From the NCBI GenBank assembly GCA_034676805.1, contig JAXDDO010000001.1, positions 4,758 through 68,757 on the forward strand: DNA of 64,000 bases, written 5' to 3'. Numbering within the stretch: position 1 is the stretch's first letter; every line of letters begins with the position of its first letter. The position numbers were made by a program, and so were the translations under genes. The notes under the pieces were generated by a model. That model ran no database searches, was not told where the DNA came from, and saw only the letters and a list, made by a program, of their open reading frames with translations. This stretch comes from Anaerolineae bacterium. GTDB taxonomy: Bacteria; Chloroflexota; Anaerolineae; B4-G1; SLSP01. This document shows positions 32,860 to 41,768 of the stretch, one piece after another.

Positions 32860-35800
32860 ATGGGTGAGGGCATACGGTTGTGGCGTACTCTCGGCGGTCT
32901 CGTAGGCGCGGCGCTTCTGGGCGGTCTATGTCACCTGCTGTTAGAGATCCCTCACGCGCAGGTCGCTACGGCGAGCGTCGCTGACTCCGCCCATCTCACG
33001 GTGTCGCCGCCGGAAGAGCCCAAGCCGCCGCTTGTCTGGACGGAGCCGGCGCTTGTGCGCCAGTTGGCATCCTCTGAGGACGAGCCCTTGCGTGTCATCG
33101 TACGCCTTAGGGCGCCAGCCATCCCTTTGTCGAACCAGGTGGCGCCAGTGGGCCACCGCGACCCCGTCGCGGCACGCGGAGCGATCGTGCGGGCGCGCCA
33201 GCAGGACTTCGAACGGTCGCTGGTACCGCTCGCCGCGTTGCTCGACCATGGAGCGCAGACGGGTCATCTCGTTGCGCGGCGGGATCTGTGGATCGCCCAC
33301 GCGCTCGCTTTGACCGCTGATGCCTCCCTGATCCGTGATCTGATGGCCTCCTCCGCCGTCGCTGAGATCCATCTGGATCACTTCCAACGGTATATCACCA
33401 AGACCACTTCCCTCGGTGGTGCCACGGTGACCGAGCTGGATGCTGTCGGCGAACTGCCATGGGGTGTTGTGCAGGTGCGGGCGCCCGAGGTATGGGATAC
33501 CTTCCGTATTACGGGTACGGGTGCTGTCGTGGGTATCATGGACACTGGCGTGGAGCTGATGCATCCGGCCTTGCTCGACGCCTATCGCGGCAGTCTGGGC
33601 AACGGGCTCTACAGCCACGCAGGATCGTGGCATGACGCTGTCAACCAGGGTATCTATCCCTACGATGATTATGGCCACGGGACTCATGTAGCGGGCATTA
33701 TCCTCGGCACGGCAACGGCTGCCTCGCCGCCAACCGGAATGGCACCCGGGGCGCGCTGGATTGGGGTGAAAGTGTTGAGCGCGCAGGGTTTTGGCTATGA
33801 TTCCTGGATTCTGGAGGGGTTCCAATGGCTGTTGGCGCCGGATGGCAATCCGGCGCTCGCGCCCGATGTGGTGAACGCCTCCTGGAGCAGCCTCAGTAGC
33901 GCCTCTACGGTCTTCGCTGACGCGGTAGCAGCTCTGGAGCAGGCGGGGATCTTCGCGGCCTTCGCTGTCGGCAATGATGGTCCCGCCCCTGGAACCGTCG
34001 GATCGCCGGCGAGTAACCCGGGTGTCTTTGCCGTGGGCGCCAGCGATAGCGACGACGATGTTGCGCCGTTTTCCAGTCGCGGCCCATCTCCCTGGGACGA
34101 AGCCAAGCCCTACGTTGTTGCGCCGGGTGTCGACGTGCTATCCACCATTCCTGGTGGCGTCTACGCGACTATGAATGGCACATCGATGGCGACGCCCCAC
34201 GTTGCGGGGCTTGCAGCGCTCATGCGTGCGGTGAGTTCGACGGTGCCCGTTCGGGCTATGGCACGTATCCTCACCGAAACAGCCGTCCCGCTCGCGACCA
34301 CGACGCCCAACAACGACAGCGGTTGGGGTCGGGTCGATGCCTTTGCGGCCCTCGTAGCGTTGGCGCGTCCGGCGACGCTGTCGGGTACGGTGCGTAGCTC
34401 CGGCGGTGCCGCACTGGCGGGGGTTCGGATCGTTGCGATCGGGGAGACTGTGCCGCCGGTCGCCGGTCTCACTGTGGAGACGACGAGCAGCGCCGACGGC
34501 AGCTATCTGCTTGCCTTGAGCCCGGGGATCTACGCCGTGAGCGCGGAAGCGTTTGGCTACTTACCCGAAGCTGTGCCGCGACTCGAGGTTGTGCCGGGAA
34601 GCCACCCGGTGCTGGATTTCGCCCTGACGGCGCGGCCCGCGGGCGTGGTGCAGGGCCGGCTTTCGGTCGTTGCTTCCGGTGTACCGCCTACGCGAACCGT
34701 CGTTGTCCGCGCGTTGGGAACGCCGGTCAGTGCAGTGGTCCACACTTCGGGATACTTCTCCCTGAGCTTACCACAGGGCGATTACGTGGTGGAAGCCAAG
34801 GGCCTGGGCTATCGCGTGGTGACTGAGACCGTGTCGGTGCGAGCCGGGTGGGTTACGACAAGCCACCTGCGTCTGGAGCCTATACCGACCGTGCTGTTTG
34901 TCGACGAGGGGGCCTGGTACTACGGCAGCCAGGCGCCCTACTGGAGGGCGGCACTGGATGCGCTGCGCTTCGCCTATGACGAGGTGCGCATCAAGGTGCC
35001 GCGCATCGACGCACCGATCAGTGCGACATTGGCGCTTTACGACGTGGTGTTGTGGTCATCGCCCCAGGGGTCGCCGGGGCTGATCGGGGCCCAGGAAGCA
35101 GTGGAGGCCTATCTTGAGCAGGGAGGGCGACTGCTGCTTAGCGGGCAGGATGTTGCCTATATGGATGCCGGTGGTGTTTTCTTCGGTGGCACCATTGCAC
35201 CCTATCTCTACGAACAGATGAGTGTCCAATACGTCGCCGATCGCGGTCTACTGCCGTACGTGAGCGGCTCTGGGCCTTTCGCAGATCTCCGTTTGAGCCT
35301 TACGGGTCCAGACGGTGCCGACAATCAGGTCGCGCCGGACGTCGTCGGCGTGAACGACCCGTCGCGCGCGTCGCTCGTATGGCGGTATGACGATGGCGGC
35401 GGGGCGGGCGTAGCCACCGAGCTATGTGTGCCGTTCCGGAGCTTGTTCTTTGGCTTTGGGCTGGAGGCGCTGGGGGATGCCGCTGACCGGGCCGATGTTC
35501 TGCAGCGGAGCATAGACTGGCTTGTCACGGCACCTCTCACCGCCGGGCTGGCGCTTGAGCACGCCACGGCGCCAACCCTGGTGGGGCCGCCAGGGGCGAC
35601 GGTGACCCATGTGGTGACTCTACGCCACATCGCCTACGCAGGCGTGACCGAAACGGTGCAACTGAGCATCCGCGGGGCTACATGGGAGACCCGAGTCCTG
35701 TCGGAGCACGTTGATCTCCCCCCGTGCACTACGGTTGCGGTCACGGTACCTGTGACCATCCCGGCCGATGCCGGCGTCAACGTCACGGAGTTCGCCGTGC

Positions 35801-37227
35801 TCGAGGCCACGCTCGGAGCGCTGCCTGAGCCGGTGACCCTCACGCTGACGACGAAGACGCCAGCGCCAGTCTTGTTGGTCGTTGACGACCGGTGGTATCC
35901 GATGCAGGATTACTATGCTGAGGCGTTATCGGCGGCGGCTATCACGTTCGATATCTGGGAAACCCAGGTGCCTGAGCGGGGTATCGTGACGGTGAATTCG
36001 CCGATGACGGATACGCTGGATCTCTATCCGGTCGTGGTCTGGTTCACTGGGTACGATTGGTATGCCCCGATTCTGCCGACGGAAGCCGCCATCCTGAGTG
36101 GCTATCTGAACCGCGGCGGGCGGTTAATGCTGTCATCGCAGGATTTCGCTTATCAGCATGCGAATGATCCCTTCAGGGATCAGCTTGGCATCCTTTTCGG
36201 CGATTGGCACGACAAGGTGACTCAAGTTCAGGGGGTAGTTGAGCACGCTGCCGGCGGGACTTGGGGGCCGGTTGACCTGGCCTACCCGTTCCCGAACTGG
36301 TCGCACACGGTGGAGCCTTCGCCGGACGCCGAACCCATCCTCCGGGGCCAACTGGGCCAACCGATCGCTGTTGGCATGCGTCATCCGGACTCGGGTGCGC
36401 CCCAGAGCCTCTTCTACGGCTTCGCGCTAGAAGCGTTGCCGCTCTCAGAGCGAACGCGTGCGCTCGCCACCGGCATCGGTTGGCTCTCGCCGCTGGGGAG
36501 TACGGGCTGGTTGGTTACGCCGCCAACAGTCCGGGCGGGGGAGACGGTTACGTTCGCGCTGACGGTGCGGAACACCGCGGCCGACTCCCTGCGCGTGGAG
36601 GCCAGCCATCAGATCCCCCCTGGCTTCACGCTGCTTCACGCCAGCTTGCCTCCGGGAGTCACCGAGCAGGGGGGTCGATTGCACTGGGGGGGCATTGCGG
36701 CGCCGGGCGACCCATTGACCCTGACGTGGTCAGCTGTGTGGGTAGGTGGATCCTACCTGGGTCAGCCGCCGACCGTCACGATGTCGTTGCCGGAGTGGGG
36801 TCTGGCCTTCACGCGCGAGGCGCCGTTCTACGGTTCGGGCGCGGACCTGGGCTCAAGTCACTGGGAGAAGGCCAGTGGAGAGACCCTGCCGGTCGGGAAG
36901 CCGCTGACCCTCACGTTCTTGCTGGAGAATCGAGGGCTGGACAGCACTGGCGCCGGAACGGTCTCGCTATGGTTGATGCGTGGGACTGCCCCTATCACGG
37001 CATCGGAACCGCCTACCCACGGGCTCGCACTTGGTGGGTGGTCGGGGACATTGGGACCGGGCGAGCAGCAGACGATTGCACTCCCGATCCGCACCTGGAA
37101 CTGGGACCGTCTGGTGCGGTTGGACGCGCTGCTCGACGACGGAATGGGACACCGCTGGGAAGAGCGTCTATGGCTCTTCACCGAGCCCTGGCGGCAGTAC
37201 TTCCCGGTGGTGCGGCGCGCCCGTTAG
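32860..37227 (+). CDS. Secreted S8 (subtilisin-like) serine peptidase, 1455 aa, multi-domain
   Basis: ORF 32758..37227, trimmed to ATG 32860 (AAAGGGG RBS). Signal-peptide-like N-terminus ending AQVA. Catalytic triad motifs VGIMDTGVE, HGTHVAG and GTSMATPHVAG. CarboxypepD_reg-like beta domains, then two copies of an internal ~200-aa module. Confidence 0.9.
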   Translation: MGEGIRLWRTLGGLVGAALLGGLCHLLLEIPHAQVATASVADSAHLTVSPPEEPKPPLVWTEPALVRQLASSEDEPLRVIVRLRAPAIPLSNQVAPVGHRDPVAARGAIVRARQQDFERSLVPLAALLDHGAQTGHLVARRDLWIAHALALTADASLIRDLMASSAVAEIHLDHFQRYITKTTSLGGATVTELDAVGELPWGVVQVRAPEVWDTFRITGTGAVVGIMDTGVELMHPALLDAYRGSLGNGLYSHAGSWHDAVNQGIYPYDDYGHGTHVAGIILGTATAASPPTGMAPGARWIGVKVLSAQGFGYDSWILEGFQWLLAPDGNPALAPDVVNASWSSLSSASTVFADAVAALEQAGIFAAFAVGNDGPAPGTVGSPASNPGVFAVGASDSDDDVAPFSSRGPSPWDEAKPYVVAPGVDVLSTIPGGVYATMNGTSMATPHVAGLAALMRAVSSTVPVRAMARILTETAVPLATTTPNNDSGWGRVDAFAALVALARPATLSGTVRSSGGAALAGVRIVAIGETVPPVAGLTVETTSSADGSYLLALSPGIYAVSAEAFGYLPEAVPRLEVVPGSHPVLDFALTARPAGVVQGRLSVVASGVPPTRTVVVRALGTPVSAVVHTSGYFSLSLPQGDYVVEAKGLGYRVVTETVSVRAGWVTTSHLRLEPIPTVLFVDEGAWYYGSQAPYWRAALDALRFAYDEVRIKVPRIDAPISATLALYDVVLWSSPQGSPGLIGAQEAVEAYLEQGGRLLLSGQDVAYMDAGGVFFGGTIAPYLYEQMSVQYVADRGLLPYVSGSGPFADLRLSLTGPDGADNQVAPDVVGVNDPSRASLVWRYDDGGGAGVATELCVPFRSLFFGFGLEALGDAADRADVLQRSIDWLVTAPLTAGLALEHATAPTLVGPPGATVTHVVTLRHIAYAGVTETVQLSIRGATWETRVLSEHVDLPPCTTVAVTVPVTIPADAGVNVTEFAVLEATLGALPEPVTLTLTTKTPAPVLLVVDDRWYPMQDYYAEALSAAAITFDIWETQVPERGIVTVNSPMTDTLDLYPVVVWFTGYDWYAPILPTEAAILSGYLNRGGRLMLSSQDFAYQHANDPFRDQLGILFGDWHDKVTQVQGVVEHAAGGTWGPVDLAYPFPNWSHTVEPSPDAEPILRGQLGQPIAVGMRHPDSGAPQSLFYGFALEALPLSERTRALATGIGWLSPLGSTGWLVTPPTVRAGETVTFALTVRNTAADSLRVEASHQIPPGFTLLHASLPPGVTEQGGRLHWGGIAAPGDPLTLTWSAVWVGGSYLGQPPTVTMSLPEWGLAFTREAPFYGSGADLGSSHWEKASGETLPVGKPLTLTFLLENRGLDSTGAGTVSLWLMRGTAPITASEPPTHGLALGGWSGTLGPGEQQTIALPIRTWNWDRLVRLDALLDDGMGHRWEERLWLFTEPWRQYFPVVRRAR

Positions 37228-37243
37228 CCCTGTAGAGCGTAGA

Positions 37244-37891
37244 TCAGTTGAGCCGTCGGATGACCAGAACCACCTTACCCTGAATCTGGACGTCGTCGGT
37301 GGGCACGAAGATGGGTTCCATCGTCGGGTTCGCCGGCTGAAGGCGGACACGCTTGCCTTCGTAGTAGACTTTCTTTAGGGTAGTCTCTTCCTCTTCCACC
37401 AGCCATACGGCGGCCATCTGACCGTTCTCGACCCGGTCCTGATGCTTGAGGATGACGGTGTCCCCATCATTGATGAGCGCGTCGATCATGGAGTTTCCCT
37501 GTACCCTCAGAGCGAAGAGATCCGCTACGTCACGCCCGAAGAGCGCGCGGTTGATCTCGATGGTTTCGGTCCCCGAGAAGGCCTCCACGTTGATGGGAGC
37601 ACCGGCTGCGATATAGCCCAGGAACGGCACGGACAGCAGGTTCTCGTCGCTAATCTGGACGGGGATCTCCTCGGTCACTGGCAACGTCACCTGGATAGCC
37701 CGAGACATAGAGGGCTCGCGGTTGATGAGCCCTTGCTCCTCCAGCCGTTTCAGGTAGTAGGACACCAGCGAGGTGGACTTCACCCCGATCTGTTCACCGA
37801 TCTCGCGCACTGTAGGAGGAAACCCGCGCTCCTCTGTATAGTGCTGTATGTAGGTCAAGACCTTCCTTTGACGCTCCGGTAGCTCTTTCAT
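37244..37891 (-). CDS. lexA: LexA repressor
   Basis: ORF 37244..38008, trimmed to ATG 37891 (GAAGGAGGCAGCT-ATG). Winged-helix N-terminus (LTYIQHYTEERGFPPTVREIG), Ala-Gly cleavage site (IAAGAP), and VQGNSM...LKH Ser/Lys dyad. Confidence 0.93.
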   Translation of the reverse strand: MKELPERQRKVLTYIQHYTEERGFPPTVREIGEQIGVKSTSLVSYYLKRLEEQGLINREPSMSRAIQVTLPVTEEIPVQISDENLLSVPFLGYIAAGAPINVEAFSGTETIEINRALFGRDVADLFALRVQGNSMIDALINDGDTVILKHQDRVENGQMAAVWLVEEEETTLKKVYYEGKRVRLQPANPTMEPIFVPTDDVQIQGKVVLVIRRLN

Positions 37892-37966
37892 AGCTGCCTC
37901 CTTCAGGCGCCACTGCCTAGCATGTGAGCTCCTGTGTTTCCCAAGTATCCCAACTATCGCAACCTC

Positions 37967-37995
37967 ATTATACTGGCACATTTGTTCTATGTCAA
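37967..37995 (-). promoter_or_regulatory. Consensus promoter of lexA
   Basis: On the minus strand: TTGACA (37995-37990), 17-nt spacer, TATAAT (37972-37967). Confidence 0.65.
37975..37988 (-). promoter_or_regulatory. Putative SOS (LexA) box in the lexA promoter spacer
   Basis: The minus strand reads AGAACAAATGTGCC. This is GAAC-N4-GTGC, one mismatch from the Gram-positive GAAC-N4-GTTC core, and it lies between the -35 and -10. Confidence 0.55.
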
Positions 37996-38007
37996 GAGTA
38001 TACCTCA

Positions 38008-38035
38008 AATTCTGACAGGAAACCCTGTCAGAATT
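38008..38035. promoter_or_regulatory. Perfect 12-4-12 inverted repeat (operator-like)
   Basis: AATTCTGACAGG-AAAC-CCTGTCAGAATT, verified base by base. Its right end overlaps the -35 (TTGTGA, 38034-38039) of the ATP-cone gene promoter. Confidence 0.6.
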
Positions 38036-38062
38036 GTGACGAATCGGAGTCTCTGCTATGAT
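38034..38062 (+). promoter_or_regulatory. Sigma-70-like promoter candidate for the ATP-cone/kinase gene
   Basis: TTGTGA (38034-38039), 17-nt spacer, TATGAT (38057-38062). Confidence 0.5.
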
Positions 38063-38095
38063 GAGGATGGGAGAATCGCCGAGAGGAGGTGCTGA

Positions 38096-39445
38096 ATGGA
38101 TGGTTGTCTAGAGCGCGTCGTCAAGCGTAATGGTGCGGTCGTGCCTTTCAACCGGGAGCGCATCACCAATGCGATCTACCGAGCGGCAGTCGCCGTCGGC
38201 GGGCGCGATCGCGCGCTCGCCGAGCGTCTGACGGATCAGGTTGTCGAGATCCTCGAGCATCATTGTACGGGTGATTGGATTCCCACAGTGGAGGAGATTC
38301 AGGACATTGTCGAGAAGGTCCTGATCGAGAACGGCCATGCGCGCACTGCAAAGGCGTACATTCTTTATCGAAGAGAACGGGCGATGCGTCGCGAGCGCCG
38401 TCAGGAGGGGAAATCACAGCGTGATTCGGAGAATATCCCCTATCGGAAGCTGTGGGAGGTGCTCAACTGGGCGGTCGATCACAGTGTCCACAACATCTTC
38501 AGGCTGAATGAGCGGATCGCACGCGGTGAGTTCGCCGAGATCGTGCGGGAGTCCGATGATGCGTATGAGAAGGACGTCGACGACGCCGCAGCCAAGATCC
38601 TGCAGTCCCGCGATGACTTGCGGTTGGTCATCATCGCCGGGCCCTCGTCCTCGTGCAAGACCACCACAACTGCCAAGCTGGGGGAGCGACTGACAGCGGC
38701 GGGTGTCAGCCTCGTGGCACTAAATGTCGATAACTACTTCTACGACTTGGAGGTGCACCCCCGTGACGAGTATGGGGACTATGACTTCGAGACGCCCCAG
38801 GCGCTGGACCTTGCCCTGATCAACGAGCATCTCCAGCGCCTGATCGACGGCGAGGAGGTTATGATTCCCTACTATGACTTCAAGACCGGCCGGCGGCACA
38901 ATGACGCCACCCCTATGCAGATCCGTGGTGATCAGATGATCCTGATCGACAGCCTGCACGGCCTCTACGAGGGGATGACGACGGCGATTCCGCCGTCGCA
39001 GAAGTTCCGCCTATACATCGAGACCCTCTTGCAGATGAAGGGACCCGATAATGAGTACGTGCGCTTCACAGATCTGCGGCTGATGCGGCGGATGGTGCGC
39101 GATGCTCGCGAGCGAGCCTACGACCCGCGGCAGACCCTGGAGCATTGGCACTACGTCCGGAGCAGCGAGCTGCGCCACATCATTCCCTACGTTAATGCAG
39201 CGGACTACGTTATCAATAGCGCAACCCCCTATGAGTTCCCGGTGATGCGGGCGCGGCTTTTCTCGCATTTTGCCCAGTGGGTGCGCGAGTACCGCGACGA
39301 TCCTAACCGGGTGGATGCTTATCTGCGGGCCGAGCGGGTTCACAACCTGCTCCAGGCACTGATCCCTGTCGAGGATGAGTCCGCAATTCCTCCCACGTCC
39401 CACGTCCGCGAGTTCATAGGCGGGTCCGTCTACGCCCTGCACTGA
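38096..39445 (+). CDS. ATP-cone domain fused to a uridine-kinase/phosphoribulokinase-family P-loop kinase
   Basis: GAGGAGG RBS. ATP-cone motif VVKRNGAVVPFNRERITNAIYRAA. P-loop IIAGPSSSCKTTT. Udk/PRK-like LNVDNYFYD...YDFETPQALD...IDSLHG. Confidence 0.75.
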   Translation: MDGCLERVVKRNGAVVPFNRERITNAIYRAAVAVGGRDRALAERLTDQVVEILEHHCTGDWIPTVEEIQDIVEKVLIENGHARTAKAYILYRRERAMRRERRQEGKSQRDSENIPYRKLWEVLNWAVDHSVHNIFRLNERIARGEFAEIVRESDDAYEKDVDDAAAKILQSRDDLRLVIIAGPSSSCKTTTTAKLGERLTAAGVSLVALNVDNYFYDLEVHPRDEYGDYDFETPQALDLALINEHLQRLIDGEEVMIPYYDFKTGRRHNDATPMQIRGDQMILIDSLHGLYEGMTTAIPPSQKFRLYIETLLQMKGPDNEYVRFTDLRLMRRMVRDARERAYDPRQTLEHWHYVRSSELRHIIPYVNAADYVINSATPYEFPVMRARLFSHFAQWVREYRDDPNRVDAYLRAERVHNLLQALIPVEDESAIPPTSHVREFIGGSVYALH

Positions 39446-39455
39446 CAGCCGTCGA

Positions 39456-39480
39456 CGGGGCTGCATCTGTGGCAGCCCCG
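39456..39480. terminator. Hairpin between convergent genes
   Basis: CGGGGCTGC-atctgtg-GCAGCCCCG, a 9-bp stem, 11 nt after the stop of the ATP-cone gene. Confidence 0.45.
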
Positions 39481-39530
39481 CCGTGGATTGCATCGTGGCG
39501 GTCGCGCGCTGGCCGCGCAGGCGCAGCTTT

Positions 39531-41603
39531 CTACGCCAGGTCTACCTCCATGCCCAACGCACGGACCAAGAAGGCCCAGATGTCGGCGCGTTCCTGGATC
39601 AGGACCTGAGTGGGCCTTCCCATGCCATGGCCAGCCTTGGTCTGAATGCGGATGAGTACGGGCGCATCGCCTTGCTGTGCCGTCTGCAGGGTGGCGGCGA
39701 ACTTGTAGGAGTGCGCCGGCATTACCCGGTCGTCGTGATCCCCGGTCAAGATCAGTGTGGGTGGGTAGGCGGTCGGGCGAACATTGTGCAGGGGTGAATA
39801 AGCGTATAGCGTGCGGAATTGCTCCGGGTCCTCCGCAGAGCCGTAGTCGCTGACCCAGGCCCAGCCGATGGTAAACTTGTGAAAGCGCAGCATATCCAGC
39901 ACGCCCACCGTCGGCAGCGCCGCGCCGAAGAGATCGGGTCGCTGGGTGAGACAGGCGCCGATCAACAACCCGCCGTTGGAACGTCCCTCAATGGCCAGTC
40001 GGGCGCGGGATGTTATCCTGCTCGAGATCAGCATCTCCGCGCACGCGATAAAGTCGTCAAAGACATTCTGCTTGTTGTGGATCGTGCCTGCCTCGTGCCA
40101 GGCCTCGCCGTACTCCCCACCTCCGCGAAGGTTGGCCACGGCCAACACGCCGCCCATTTCGAGCCATACCAGGCGGCCCACGTCAAAGCCCGGCTTCGTG
40201 GCGATGTTGAAGCCACCGTAGCCATAGAGCAACGTGGGGTTCTGGCCATCCTTGACCCAGTCGGCCCGGTGGACCAGGAACATCGGCACGCGTGTGCCGT
40301 CGCGGCTTTTGACGAAGACCTGCTCGGTCACGTAGCGGCTCGCGTCGAAGGTCACGTCGTGCCGTGCAATCTCGAGCGATTCACCGGTTTCCAGGTCGTA
40401 GCGGAACACGGTCGAGGGAAAGGTGAATGAACTGAACGTGTAGAAGAGCTCGCTATCCTCGGGGCGCCCTTGCAGAACCCCGACCGATCCCAGCGTGGGA
40501 AGGGGGATCGCGCCGCGGGGGGTCCCATCCAGCGCGAAACGCTGTAGTTGGTGGTATGCATCGTGCAGATAGACGGTCACGAACTCACCGTGAGCCATCG
40601 TAGCCCACTCAAGCGTGTCCTCGCTCTCTGGCACGCGCGTCTCCCAGTGTTCCGACGCCGGGCGGGCCAGATCGATCGCCAGTACCTGACCCTTCGGCGC
40701 CCGGAGGTCGCTGTGGAAGTAAAAGGTGGTGTCGCTGTTGCCAAGGAATTCGTAACGCGCGTCGAAGGTCGCGATGAGCTCGGTGAAGTCCTGGTCTCCG
40801 ATACGCTTGTAGAAGACGAGGTTCCGTCGATCGGTGCCCTCCCAGATCAGGAGAACCAAGAACGCCCCATCGTCGGTCACGATCGGATCGAAGCCCCACT
40901 TGGGGTGGTCTGGCCTCTCATAGACAAGGACATCGGCGTCCTGGGGCGTATCGAGCCGGTGAAGGTAGAGCTGCTGGTTATAGTTTGCACCCGCGAATTC
41001 CGTGCCTGCTGCGGGGGCCGCGTAGCGCCCATAGAGAAAGCCGCTGTTGTCGGGAAGCCAGGCAACACCGCTGAACTTGCTCCATTCGATGGCCTCGGAC
41101 AGATCCTCGCCCGTAGGGACGCTGCGCACGTGCCACGTCTTCCAGTCCGAGCCGCTGGCGCTGGTGGCGTAGGCGATCCAGTTCCCGTCCCAGCTAACCC
41201 CTATACCTGTGAGGGCAACCGTGCCATCTTGGGACAGAGCGTTGGGGTCGATCAGGACTGTGCCCACATCGGTGGCGTCAGCCATCACGTAGAGCACATC
41301 CTGATTCTGTAGGCCAGAGTTGCGGAACTGAAAGTAACGCCCGCCACGTTTGAATGGCGCGCCCATCTTGGGGTAGTCCCACAGCGCCTGGAGCCGGTTG
41401 AAGATGGGGTCGCGGTCGGGGATCTGATCCAGATAACCGTAGGTAAGGGCGTTCTGTGCCTCGATCCAGGCCTGTGTCTCGGGGCTGTTGAGGTCTTCCA
41501 GCCACCGGTACGGGTCGGCGACATCGATGCCGTGGTAGTTATCAACATGGTCGCAGGTACGAGTCACGGGGTAGCGATGCGTGGTCGCATTCGGAGTTGT
41601 CAT
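39531..41603 (-). CDS. Prolyl oligopeptidase (S9A family)
   Basis: ORF 39531..41711, trimmed to ATG 41603 (GGGAGG RBS). Beta-propeller N-terminal part, with catalytic GRSNGGLL, GDHDDRV and KAGHG. Confidence 0.9.
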   Translation of the reverse strand: MTTPNATTHRYPVTRTCDHVDNYHGIDVADPYRWLEDLNSPETQAWIEAQNALTYGYLDQIPDRDPIFNRLQALWDYPKMGAPFKRGGRYFQFRNSGLQNQDVLYVMADATDVGTVLIDPNALSQDGTVALTGIGVSWDGNWIAYATSASGSDWKTWHVRSVPTGEDLSEAIEWSKFSGVAWLPDNSGFLYGRYAAPAAGTEFAGANYNQQLYLHRLDTPQDADVLVYERPDHPKWGFDPIVTDDGAFLVLLIWEGTDRRNLVFYKRIGDQDFTELIATFDARYEFLGNSDTTFYFHSDLRAPKGQVLAIDLARPASEHWETRVPESEDTLEWATMAHGEFVTVYLHDAYHQLQRFALDGTPRGAIPLPTLGSVGVLQGRPEDSELFYTFSSFTFPSTVFRYDLETGESLEIARHDVTFDASRYVTEQVFVKSRDGTRVPMFLVHRADWVKDGQNPTLLYGYGGFNIATKPGFDVGRLVWLEMGGVLAVANLRGGGEYGEAWHEAGTIHNKQNVFDDFIACAEMLISSRITSRARLAIEGRSNGGLLIGACLTQRPDLFGAALPTVGVLDMLRFHKFTIGWAWVSDYGSAEDPEQFRTLYAYSPLHNVRPTAYPPTLILTGDHDDRVMPAHSYKFAATLQTAQQGDAPVLIRIQTKAGHGMGRPTQVLIQERADIWAFLVRALGMEVDLA

Positions 41604-41667
41604 AGTCAGAGCCTCCCGGCGGATAGAGTTCTGGGCCAATGTGCGTGAGTATACCCCCAAGGCCCGT

Positions 41668-41695
41668 TTGACAAAACGTTCCCCCATGCTACCAT
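41668..41695 (+). promoter_or_regulatory. Sigma-70-like promoter candidate for the rfb-type operon
   Basis: TTGACA (41668-41673), 16-nt spacer, TACCAT (41690-41695). Confidence 0.5.
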
Positions 41696-41704
41696 TGGCG
41701 CGTT

Positions 41705-41729
41705 CGCCCACCGCTTACCCCGGTGGGCG
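41705..41729 (+). other. 5'-leader stem-loop of the rfb-type operon
   Basis: CGCCCACCG-cttaccc-CGGTGGGCG, a 9-bp perfect stem, starting about 10 nt after the -10 and followed by TTAT. Confidence 0.5.
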
Positions 41730-41768
41730 TTATCAAGTGCGCGAGACCTGCTTCTGGGAGAAGGGCCA

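Noticed and set aside
38008-38035. NrdR box or intrinsic terminator as an explanation for the 28-bp palindrome.
   Set aside because: The sequence does not resemble the NrdR consensus as I remember it, and only one copy is present. It lies between divergent promoters, so it is not at any gene's 3' end, and it has no U-tract.
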